Part shown: positions 9,776 through 20,000 of the stretch, piece after piece
Position numbering within the stretch: the stretch's first letter is position 1
How the letters are laid out: each line of letters begins with the position of its first letter
Source of the DNA: Jimgerdemannia flammicorona
Lineage: Eukaryota
Direction: 5' to 3'
DNA: 20,000 bases
Assembly: GCA_003990765.1 (NCBI GenBank)
Contig: RBNJ01000004.1
Location: 48,985 to 68,984, forward strand
Program-made: the position numbers and the translations under genes
Notes under the pieces: model-generated
What the model saw: the letters and a program-made list of their open reading frames with translations, nothing else
Database searches by the model: none
Told to the model about the DNA's origin: nothing

Positions 9776-11220
9776 TATAATGGTGATCTCAGAATAATGA
9801 CATCATCACAGGAGATAGTCTTTCCTTATAATTCACTAGATCAGAATATAAAAAGATCATACAGCATAACTTACCCAGGCTACAAAATAAGTAATAATGA
9901 CAAACCATGAGTTATTGTGGTCACAAAACAGATATCTTGAGAAATATAAAAGAAGAATCAAGAAACTGCAATAGCAGTAACTCAAATAAGGCTTACAGAA
10001 ATAGTTCAAAAGACTTACTATAATCAAAATACCTACCCCTCACCAAACCTCAAGGTCTGGGAACCACTAAGACCCCTTAGTCTAGAAAAGTATGTTCTAA
10101 GATATCAGAAGAGCCATGAAGACCCAGTTCTAGCCTCAATCTGGATACTGGTGACTCTTATCACTATATTCTCTACTGCTATGAAAAATAAGAATCACTA
10201 TTACTATTGAATATCTCTAGATATGGTAGAAATATGAAATAGGAAACCTCCTCTGCTGGGAATTCTCTCAGATCAGTCTCCAAGAGATACAAGATACCAC
10301 TTCTATAGATACACATAAAATAAGAATAGCTAAGAAGATTTATTAGATCTTCAGACATATACTATAGTCAATTCCAATCTTAGAGTATACTAGAATCTCA
10401 GACTCCAAGGAATTGTAAGTCCACTATATCAATATACTGGAGGCTATAGTGGCTACAGAAGCCCAGTCTACTATTACTCTTAATAGTGATGAAGTAGAAG
10501 AGTTCTGGAATCCTATCCTCCAGGACAATCCAGACCAATTTCTACAAGGATTGATCTCAGAATTCCAAGGCTCCAGCATTTAAGTTAGATCTCCCTAAGA
10601 CCCCATATTTGTTTCTTATTTTGTAGAAGAAAATTTTATAGATTAGAGAGCCCCCACTGCTACTAAACAAGATGATGTCATCTATAATAACATTATTGAT
10701 AATAATATCATCTTACTAATTGGTAACATATGCAAAATATGTGAAATAGATAAAATGTTTGCCAACCTCATTTCCTTTGAAGACATCCTATCCCCAACCT
10801 CTAGCTTTGATAATAGTAATAAGAATGAAGCCTCTATGGTTCTGAACATTCTGCTTTAAGTTCTTGATAATACTAAAATCTTCTGGTATCTTTTTCTATA
10901 ACACTAAAATTTACTAGCAATCTGAACTTGTATAACTATTTGTATAGATACTTGAATTTGTACTTACAACTGAAGTTTTCTATATTCCAGTATTTTATTT
11001 AGTTATTAGAATTTATATTTAGGTTTATATCTTAGTAATTATTGAATTATATTTTGTATAAATATCTCTCTTATTTCCTTTGAAATAAAGTCAGTCAAGT
11101 TCACTTATACTTAATTCTATACAAGTAATCTAAAAAATAATAAGACAGTTTTAAAATAAGAAGTTTGAGGACTATAAGACCTTGAGAAGATACTCCAATA
11201 AGAACTTGCTTATAACAAAC
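9776..11220 (+). repeat. 5' LTR of family B (right end approximate, about 11100-11360)
   Basis: 9776-10828 aligns with 16971-17750 + 19258-19545. Starts TATAATGG (decayed TGTAATGG). AATAAA at 11084-11089. The end cannot be fixed because the matching part of the 3' LTR is outside the window. Confidence 0.75.
10092..10583 (+). pseudogene. LTR-B-embedded ORF (5' LTR copy; 11-nt and 4-nt deletions relative to the 3' copy)
   Basis: ATG 10092 ...YEIGNLLCWEFSQISLQEIQDTTSIDTHKIRIAKKIY*IF...EVEEFWNPILQDNPDQFLQGLISEFQGSSI* (TAA 10581-10583). Confidence 0.65.
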
Positions 11221-11403
11221 TTGTGATTAATCTAAGAGATATACCTTGGAGAGAATCTGATATATTTGAATCACTATGTGATAACTTGATACCCATTGGC
11301 TGGTGATTTAAGATGAATCTCTTACTTTTAAGCTGAAAAATGAATTATCACCATAATAACTACCCTGACTACAAGAGTCACCCCTGTAAGAATTCAAGAT
11401 AAG

Positions 11404-12700
11404 ATGGAAATGCATCTCCCCACATTCTATAGATATACTATTGAAGAGTCAATCCTGATCTTCATTGAAAACTTTGAACAATTTGCCACCATATGAGCCC
11501 TCAATATTAATGTACAATTGGCCCTTCTACTAGTTAGCCTCAGAGGACCTACCAGAGACAAGTTCAATATAGTCACTATTGCTGATACTAGTACAGCCAA
11601 ACTTGCCAACATAAAGACCTTTCTCAGAACTATATACTATACTGAAGATATCAAGCAAGCTCTCAAGAATCAACTCAAAACTATTTGTCAAGAACTTAGT
11701 AAAGACTCCAACTCATTCTATACCTAAATCTGCTACCAGATTGTCTTAGCTAGCTATGATGATACTCTTAAGGAATAAATAGCTAATTTAACCTTCTTTA
11801 AAGAAATTCACCCTAAAATTGCCCTCACAATCTGGTCTACCCCAGCTACTCTGACTCTTGACCAGAAAGTGGTCTTTGTATAGAGATATTGAACTATCAG
11901 ACACCCTGCTGAATACTCAATAGAGAAAATAACTGGTATCAAGATAGAGCTACAAAAACTAACCAGTATCATATCTACCATAGTCATAAACAGATAACTA
12001 TTCCCACCTACCCCCAAGGTAGCCAAAGCTAACTCAGTGAAGGAACTCACCAAGTAGTTTACCAAGATAACTATATACCTTAGTGATGTTGTTAGAGAAG
12101 TCCAAAGTGCCAACAGGAGACCAGTACAGAGATTTACAGTTGTTATAGAAGAATGCAATATTATATACTTCAAATATAAAGAAGAAGATTACTATACAAA
12201 GAGTTGTATAACTAAAATAAGATGCAAAGTCCAATCAAGCAATACTACCAGAACTAGAAAATAAATTAATATGGTAGTTATCAAGGAGATTGGTGACACT
12301 GATGATGAAGAATACTATGAAGAGTCTAAATTCTACCCTATTACTAAAGATACTAGAACCCAGTCCAAGCTCTATGATAAGAAGGGCAATAGTAAGCCAG
12401 TTAGAAGACCAAAGAAGACACCAGCTGTCACTATTTAAAGTAAGACCCAACTCAAGGAAATTGATCAAAACATAGAGTTAGATAAAGCTACCCATCAAAT
12501 CATTAAAAGTACTACTCTAGTCTTAGGAGAAAGCAAGAGCAAGAAAGAATAGAAGCTGTATATGATAAAGATTCACTAGTATAATATCTACAAGAATCTC
12601 AAAGAACAGAAGGTCAATGCTACTTTTGGATAACTAGCTGAAGTCTCTACCTTCAGATAATAGTTAAGAGTAGAACTTACAACCACTATTAAGAACTAAG
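11404..12700 (+). pseudogene. gag: gag of element B (capsid-like region plus decayed CCHC zinc knuckle); boundaries approximate
   Basis: LPTFY...FIENFEQFA...LLVSLRGPTRDKF. 12166-12207 reads YFKYKEEDYYTKSC, a C-X2-C-X4-H-X4-C spacing with TGY>TAY and CAC>TAC transitions. Confidence 0.75.
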
Positions 12701-12759
12701 AGTACAAGATCATAGAAGCTCACAATGCACAAGAAGAAACCTGAGAATTTAGGTGAAGA

Positions 12760-13140
12760 ATCTAAAGACCAGCACAAGATATCAGCCTATATCTCATATC
12801 AGATTGAAGATTATATCTTTGATACTATCATTGATACTAATGCTGGAGAATACCTCATGAGCAAGAAGACAATTGACTACCTAAGCTGGAACATTGAAGA
12901 GTCCACCAAAATGGTCTATATTACAGAAGATAGTATATAAGCTACCCTTCTAGACAAGATCCAAGAAGTCTCCATCAAGATAGAAAGAGCTACCATTCTA
13001 GTAGATGTAATTGTTATAAGTACCACTAACTATAATATCCTCATTAGCAACTATTGGCTTCATAAGACTAAGGCTGTTATTGACCTCAATGCTTAGAAGA
13101 TACAGATCAACTATAGAGAAAGAAAGATATGAGTCTCTAT
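12760..13140 (+). pseudogene. Aspartic protease domain of element B
   Basis: IIDTNAGEYLM (DTN at 12833-12841, from DTG by GGT>AAT), later YNILISNYWL...AVIDL (decayed ILG-DWL motif). Confidence 0.8.
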
Positions 13141-13470
13141 CAAGACATAGAGAAAGGAGATAAAGAGGACACAGAAGTCTTTATACACTCAATATATAAG
13201 AACAAAAACAAGATACCCAAGCTCACAGATGAGTAGTAGTATAATAAGATCATCAATAACTATACTCCTTAAGGTCAATACTCTCATGGTATCAGGATTT
13301 ACTACTTTGAATACCTGAATAACTGCTGGTTCTATATTAGTGAAGTCAGAAAACTCTATTAACAAAAGCATAAGTAAGAAGCTACTGAAGCAAAAAGGAA
13401 AGCCAAAGAAGATGATCAGCCCCCAGAGCTTTAAGCTAATAGTGATGATGAGGAGGAATAAGAACCAGAC

Positions 13471-13886
13471 ATCACTCTCAAGGTTAAGAAGTTTTATTCT
13501 GAAGCCAAGATCCCAGAATACAAGACTAAAGGAGTTATAAGAATAGATCTTACCAGTATTCAAGATACTATTCTTGAACTACAAACCATCACCTACTTGG
13601 CACTAGAATTGGAGTCAAGTTACCAGAAAACCATACCAGAATTATCAAAATCAAGAGCAGTCTGGCCAAAAGTAAAATCTCAGTTGAAGGAGGAGTAATT
13701 GACCCTAATTACACTGGTAAAATCTTCCTCATAGTCAGGAATTACAACTTCACCACTCTATTCAAAGTCAAGAAGTATAACAGAATTGACCAGATGCTGA
13801 TCCATGAAGTCAAGAAGCCTAAGATCACTAAAGCCATCAAACTCATCAAGACCAAGAGAGGAGAACAAGACTTTGAATCTACTAGA
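13471..13886 (+). pseudogene. dut: dUTPase domain of element B (one frameshift near 13595)
   Basis: All five motifs are recognisable: EAKIPEYKTKGVIRIDL; KSSLA; GGVIDPNYTGKI (13689-13724); RIDQM; RGEQDFESTR (13857-13886). Confidence 0.92.
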
Positions 13887-14069
13887 AGAGGAGCCTATAC
13901 TGCTACTAAGATTACTGAACTCAAGCACAAGAAAGACAAGGACCAGAATAAATACATATATACCATTGGAGAAAACTTTCCCCTAGAAAAACAACTTCTT
14001 AAGATTCTGTATCAGAATAAAGAAGTACTTGTTACAGACTTCAGGAATATCCACAATTAAGAATCCAAG

Positions 14070-15377
14070 TACTATCATGAAGTTGATACTAATGATACTA
14101 AGTCCATCTACCAGAAAGCCAGACCTATACCACCTGCCTACAGAGAATGACTGCAAGCAGAACTCAAGGAAATAGAAAAAGTTAGTATTGTTAAACAAGC
14201 TATTAGCCCCTGGGCTTTATTCATTATCCTCACTTCAAAGAAAGAAAGTAGTCTGGAGAGTTTGCTTCAAGACTCTGTATTGATTATAGGAAGCTTAATA
14301 TAATTACCAAGAAGAATAGGCAGCTCTTGCCAAATATTTAAGAAATTCTTACCACTCTTGGAAGTGAAGCCAAATACTATACCATCTTGGATCTGTTCTC
14401 AGGCTTCTATCAGATTGGTCTCACTCAAGAGGCCATTGAGAAATTAGCCTTCATCATATCTAATACTACCTATGTCTACCTGTGAATGTCATTTAGAATG
14501 TACAATATCCCAGTAAGTTTTTAGTAAATAATGAACAGAGTTTTTAGTAATGAGATTGGAAAATAGCTCTTTATCTATATTGATGATATGATCATCTTCA
14601 GTAATATTATATGAGAATATATCAACTATATATAGCTAACTCTCAAGATGCTCAAGGAGTATGACCTCTATATTAAGCCCAAGAAGGGTAAGTTTATAGC
14701 TCAGGAAATCACCTACCTAGGACATATTATAAACCAGACCAGAATTTATATAGACTCTATGAAGATTGAGACTGTTGCAGCCTATCTAAGATTCAGAACA
14801 ACTACAGAAGTCCATATCTTCCTTGGACTGACCTCCTACTATAGAAGATTCATTAAAGAATACTCTAACATTACAGTATCTATCTACAAGCTACTGAAGA
14901 AGGAGACCAAATTTGAATAGACCAAGGAATATTAAGAAACCTTCAATAAACTCAAGACTAGATTGATCTAAGCATCTATCCTCAGAAGACCAGATTGAAA
15001 CCTAGAGTTCATCTAGCAGATAGATGAAAATACTATAGGACTTGGAGTAGTCTTAGCTCAGAAGAAAGATAGACATAAATATATCATCTCCTATATAAGC
15101 CAAGATACTCATAGAGTAGAACAGAACTATGAGTTATATAAGCTTGAATACTTAGCAGTATTTTGGACAGTAGACAAGTTCCACTACTATCTAGCTGGGA
15201 AATACTTCACTATTTAAACAGACCATTCTGCTCTTGCCTGGCTATTCCACACTCTAAACCTCAAAGAAATATATACTAGATAGATCTACAGACTGTAAGA
15301 GTATAACTATACTGTTAAGTACTATGTACTTAGGAAGAACTAATACCAATACTGATGTACTCTCAAGGATACTCTAA
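14070..15377 (+). pseudogene. pol: Reverse transcriptase and RNase H of element B
   Basis: SPWA, RLCIDYRKLN, LDLFSGFYQI, YIDD (14576-14587), YLGH, FLGLTSYYRRFI, GLGVVLAQ, TDHSALAWL, DVLSR. Confidence 0.93.
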
Positions 15378-15402
15378 AATATCCCCATTAAGACCATTTA
15401 AT

Positions 15403-16602
15403 ATGAATAAGGAGCTATACTATAGATTAATTAGCTATCTTAGGCAGTAGAAGATATTCAACCATCTTAAACTCTAGACTATTACCATCATCAACCAGAC
15501 TTGGAAACAATTTGAACTAGACAACACTATGCTCAGAAAAGGAGAAAAGATTATAATATCTAAATACAAGATATATCAAATAATGAAGGAAGTATATGAA
15601 CAAAGATATCTAAAAGAAACTAATATATATGATAAAGTAAGAAGAACTATATAGTGGCCTAAGATGGAAGAAGATCTGTACCAATTTGTCAAAGGGTGTG
15701 ATAAGTACCAAAAACAGAAATAAGATCAGTAAGACCAGATATCTGAGTCATTAAGAATTGAGCCTATCCCCTTTTACCACATTGTAATAGATATCATTAG
15801 ACTACTACTAGTAATACTATCAGGAAACTGCTATATTATAGTTATTATAAACTTCTTTACCAAATGAATAGAAGTAGGAGTATTATAAGAAGCTAATGCT
15901 CTCTCTATAGCTAACTTCCTATACTGAGAAATCATCTGCCACTACAAGACACCAAGGTAAATCACCACAGACCATGGTATAGAATTTGTTAATAGATTCT
16001 ATAAGATAATATATGTATTATAAATATAAGATTCAGTATATCAAGACTACTGTGTATCATTTTCAAGGAAATGGACAGATAGAAAGAACCAACAAGACCC
16101 TCAAGAACATCCTGGTCAAGATCTCAGAAATATATAAGAATTGGGATAACTATCTCCCAATCACTCTCTCTGTTCTATAAGATATATGATCACAAGTACA
16201 CACTTTACCTCAAGAGAACTGCTCTTCAGAGAAAAAAATTCTGATGGAATTTCAGCCACAAATCTAGACCTAACTTGGAGATAGATTGATTCAGAAATCT
16301 GGAGACTATACTAAATTAGAAAGAAGGCTGAAGATTATATTATCAAGTTATAAGTACTAATAAGGAAAAATACAGAAAAGAATTACAAGATCCTAGAACC
16401 CATCCAAATTAGAAAAAAGGTCCTACTATATTGAAATATAGTAGAAGCCTTATAGTTGTGAAAACTGGAGCCCAAATAAGAAGAATTCTTCTATATGCAA
16501 GATATCAAGGGAACTATCTTCTGGCTTAGAAAACTCTCAGAGACTATACTTCCTACTATAATATATAGAAACAGACTTAAGAAGTACCATAAACCTATAT
16601 AG
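15403..16602 (+). pseudogene. Integrase of element B (decayed HHCC, DDE core, GPY/F region; no chromodomain)
   Basis: WPKMEEDLYQFVKGCDKYQ; PFYHIVIDII; ITTDHGIEFVN; YHFQGNGQIERTNKTLKNIL; KLEPK*EEFF; IYRNRLKKY; stop at 16600-16602. Confidence 0.9.
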
Positions 16603-16960
16603 GAAAAGTAAAACATGATGACTGCCCATGAGGTTTTAGTTTACAAATCATAATAGCATATTCCATGACCAGTAGACAATCTGTCTGAACTATTATCTAA
16701 GGGATATGGCATCAGTAACTACTCATCTATAAGACTTTCAAAGCCAGAGAAGTTTGAACTATCAACTGATTAGTCAAGATTAGAATTAAGCCCTTACTCT
16801 ATATGAAGAGAGCAAAACTTCACTATTATGCCAAAATATATAAGAAAGATATCAGTCTATAAATATTACTTTTTGATTTCCTGCCAGAGGTTATGGGATC
16901 AGCAAATTTTTCAAACTAGACCAATGAATAAGTATATTCAAGAGAATATTCTTATTCAGT

Positions 16961-16970
16961 AGGAGAAAGA
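16961..16970 (+). other. Polypurine tract of element B
   Basis: AGGAGAAAGA directly before the 3' LTR start at 16971. Confidence 0.75.
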
Positions 16971-17750
16971 TATAATGGTGACCTCAGAATGATGATATTA
17001 TCACAGAAGATAGCCTTTCCTTACAAGCTACTAGATCAGAGTATGAGAAGATCATATGGCATAACTCACTCAGGCTATAAAATGAGCAATAATGACCAAC
17101 TATGAGTCATCATGGCTATAAGACAGATATCTCAAGGAATATAAAAGAAGGATTAAGAAACTGCAGTAGTAGTAACTCAAACAAAGCTTACAGAAATAGT
17201 TCAAAAGACTTACCACAATCAAAATACCTGCTGCTCACCAAACCTCAAGGTCCAGGAACCATCAAGGTCCCTCAGCCTAGAAAAGAATATTCCAAGACAT
17301 CAGAAGAGTCATAAGGACCTACATAAGAAGGACTCCTAGCCTCAATCTGAGTACTAGTGACCCTTATCACTATATCCTCTACTGCTATGAAATGGAAATA
17401 AGGATCACTATTGCTACTGAATATCTCTAGATATAACAGGAATATAAAATAAGAAATCTTCTCTACTGGGAATTCTCTCAGACCAGTCTCCAAGAGATAT
17501 AAGATATTATTTCTATAGATATACATGAAATAAGGATAGCCAAGAAGATTTATCAGATCTTCAGACATGTACTATAGTTAATCCCAAACTTAGAGTATAC
17601 TAGAATCTCAGACTTCAAGAAATTATCAGCTCACTGTATCAATATACTAGAGGCCATAGTGATCATAGAAGCCCAGTCCACTATTACCCTCAATAGTAAC
17701 AAAGTAGAAAAGTTCTAGAATCCTATTCTCCAGAACAATCTAGACCAATT

Positions 17751-19252
17751 TATAAGAGAGTTACTTATTAGAGTAACTATTATATAGTTCTAGAAGGGTT
17801 TTCTGGAAGTTCTAGATTTTCTAGAAGACTGTTTTCTTAAGATCAAAATCAATTTTATATAGAGTATATTCTCTATACTTATTAATTTTGAGATCAGATT
17901 GATGTCTCAGCCAAAGTTCTTTTTTTGGACTAGTTCTGGATGTTCAGAATTTTCATATTTCAGGAAGTTCAAGAAACTATGACTAGCTTAGTTGAATTGG
18001 CATATCACTGCAGACAATACCCAATTAGAAAATTTCATAACAGAGTTAGGAGTGAGACCTAATAGGGGACAGATTTACTTAAGAGTAGTTTGTGGGTTAT
18101 TTAATAGGTTTATTTACTATTTATGATATTACTATACTAGGAGTAGTTGTATGAAGAGATATTGTGGAGAAGTATTCAAGATTGTTTTTGTGTATTTAAG
18201 TTTATTTAAGTCTGAGATTCTGAGGTCTGAGAGAGAAAGTATTTATACTAGTGAGGGGCTATCTGGACTATGTTAAATATGGATGTAGCACTTAGTACCT
18301 TGCTGAGTTGGAATACAGTCATATAGTACAAGTGTGATCTAATATATCAAGAGGTCATCTGACTGCTGAATTAGTTTACAGTTATATCATATAAGACTAA
18401 TCTAACTATACTATAACTACTAAGCTATTTATAGATTTAGATACTATCTGGTTAGTCTTTGATAATATTATTATTGATGATATCATCTCTAATAAAGTCT
18501 GAGTAGTTTTCTGACTTCTAATATCATTAGTTTCAAAGGTATCATTACCTCTGTTTCTTGTAAAATTAAGGCTATTCTTAGTGGTAGTGGTTGTACAAGG
18601 ATAACAGGTCTTGGTTCTCTTTTTTTTGAGACTGCTGGTATATTTATAAGGACTGACCATCCTTGTCTAGGGCAAGGGCTCTCAATGTCATGACTGAGGG
18701 TTTGAACCTCTTGAAAATGATATTTTCTATAATCTGAGGCAATTTCTAGTAGTAATATCTGTCATATGGATGGGCTTGAGATTGATTTTGATAATATTGG
18801 CTTTTTTGAGTTCAGATGAAGTATCTGTCATTCTCCAATAGAGGTGATATAAATAGAGTAAATAGAGTTGTTCAAATGTGTTTTGCCTCTGCTAAGTAAT
18901 GAGGTCTTTATATAGTTACAGTATATCTTAGTCTTAAGTTAATAAGTATAGTTTATGAATCTTTAGTAGATAAGAGAGATTCTTTTTATCTTAGTTTGAG
19001 TTTGGTACTTCAGTTTCCTTTTGTAATAGTATGGTATACCAAAACTAGTTATAGAGATATAGGATCAGTCTTATAGTTATAGTACTTCTTCTAGTATTCT
19101 TATATCTTAGCAGTAGATTCTCATGCTTGCTGATATATTTTATATAATCAGGTAATCTCTTCAGTAACTTGTTTTGTAGTCTTGCATATGGTTTTTAAAT
19201 TAGTTCTGAGGATAATATGCGATTTTAATAGCTTGGAGGTTGTACACTTACA
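17751..19252 (-). mobile_element. Solo LTR of family A (variant A2), 1502 bp, 5-bp TSD
   Basis: Minus strand TGTAAG (19252)...CTTATA (17751; decayed CTTACA). TSD CAATT 17746-17750 / TAATT 19253-19257; the empty site is visible in the 5' LTR at about 10536-10545. 17751-18497 matches about 2301-3036. Confidence 0.9.
18905..19177 (-). pseudogene. Ty3/Gypsy integrase C-terminal fragment inside solo LTR A2
   Basis: EEIT*LYKIYQQA*ESTAKI*EY*KKYY...VLVYHTITKGN*STKLKLR*KES then LIY*RFINYTY*LKT, parallel to the element B integrase tail at 16291-16600. Confidence 0.65.
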
Positions 19253-19545
19253 TAATTCCTGTAAGAATTGATCTCAGTATTTCAAGGCCCCAGTATCTAG
19301 GTTAGACCTCCCCAAGACTCTACATTTATTTCTTATTTTATAAAAGAGAATATCATAGATTGGAGAGTCTCCACTACTGTCAAATAAGATGATATCACCC
19401 ATAATGATATTATTGGTAATAATGTCATCCCACTAATTGGCAATATATATGAAATATATAAAATAGATGAAATATTTATCAACCTCATTTCCTTCAAAGA
19501 CATTCTGTCTCTGACCTCTGGCCTTGATAATAGTGACAAAGATGA

Positions 19546-20000
19546 TGTAAGAGGGTTGCTTTTTAGGGTAATCATTACATAGTTCTGGAAGGGTTTTCTG
19601 GAAGTTCTGGATGCTCTGGAAGACTGTTTTCTTATGGTCAAGATCAATTTCATATAGAGTACATCCTCTATGCTTATTGATTTCAAGATTGGGTTGATGT
19701 CTCAACCAAAGTCCTTTTTTGGACTAGTTCTGGATGTTCAGGATTTTCCATGTTTCAGGAAGTTCAAGAAACTAAGACCAGCTTAGTTGATTCGGTGTAT
19801 CGCTGCAGACAATACCCAATTCGGAAATTTCGTGATGGGGTTAGGAGTGGGACCTAATGGGGAGTAGATTTACTTAAGGGTGGTTTGTGGGTTATTAAAT
19901 AGGTTTATTCGCTATTCATGATATTGCTATACTAGGAGTAGTTGTATGAAGGGATATTGTGGGGAAGTGTTCAGGAATGTTCTTGTGTGTTCAAGTCTGA
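19546..20000 (-). repeat. Family-A LTR (copy A3), 3' end, truncated by the window edge; least mutated copy
   Basis: The reverse complement ends ...AAGCAACCCTCTTACA at 19546, matches about 2578-3036, and retains CpGs lost from the other copies. Confidence 0.92.

Larger units (their letters stand above)
17287..19300 (+). pseudogene. LTR-B-embedded ORF (3' LTR copy): 17287-17750 joined to 19258-19300, 169 codons
   Basis: Removing the solo LTR and one TSD copy restores a single 507-nt frame whose internal stops are all transition-type. The start is ATA here and ATG in the 5' copy. Confidence 0.65.
16971..19545 (+). repeat. 3' LTR of family B, in pieces 16971-17750 and 19253-19545, split by two family-A LTRs
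   Basis: Colinear with 9776-10828 once 17751-19257 is removed. Confidence 0.9.
9776..20000 (+). mobile_element. Ty3/Gypsy non-chromodomain LTR retrotransposon, family B, with dUTPase; 3' LTR interrupted and running out of the window
   Basis: Direct repeats start at 9776 and 16971. Order gag-PR-dUT-RT-RH-IN; PPT at 16961-16970. Confidence 0.92.

Noticed and set aside
11200-11360. Candidate LTR-B end and primer-binding site (TTATAACA near 11210; TCACCATAATA at 11348-11358 as an imperfect inverse of TGTAATGGTGA)
   Set aside because: Several candidates, heavy mutation and no second copy in the window, so no call can be made.
11427-14198. Hydrophobic minus-strand ORFs over gag/pol of B that could suggest env or membrane proteins
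   Set aside because: Antisense to A-rich decayed coding sequence; a compositional artefact.
17102-17314. 70-aa ORF in the 3' LTR of B
   Set aside because: Low complexity, interrupted by stops in the 5' copy and without a motif. It may be an upstream ORF remnant but is unsupported.
2301-18497. Long inverted repeat (2301-3036 vs 17751-18497) resembling TIRs of a giant DNA element or DIRS
   Set aside because: Explained by separate family-A LTR insertions in opposite orientation; A2 has its own TSD.

Overview
No host gene is visible. The whole window is a nest of degraded retrotransposons, probably fungal heterochromatin (inferred from chromovirus content and pervasive C>T/G>A decay at CpG and CpA/TpG). 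An old LTR of family A (3037-3073 + 8945-9775) hosts three insertions: (1) the 3' end of a Ty3/Gypsy chromovirus (family A; integrase C-terminus, chromodomain, PPT, 2033-bp LTR 1004-3036); (2) a full-length L1/Tx1-type LINE on the minus strand (3074-8944; poly(A), 17-bp TSD); (3) a non-chromodomain Ty3/Gypsy element (family B, 9776 to beyond 20000) with the order gag-protease-dUTPase-RT-RNaseH-integrase. The 3' LTR of B carries two more minus-strand family-A LTRs (a TSD-flanked solo LTR 17751-19252 and a less mutated LTR 19546 to beyond 20000). The main finding is that both LTR families encode a decayed sense-strand ORF inside the LTR itself (about 366 aa in A, 168 aa in B), and the two ORFs share a gap-free motif (IxxKxxxxFxxxxxxIPxLxxTxxxxxxxLSxxxI, preceded by YxI(G/S)xLL) although I see no extended DNA similarity between the LTRs. 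This suggests an LTR-encoded accessory protein family. In the solo LTR this cassette is replaced by an integrase C-terminal fragment from a third element.
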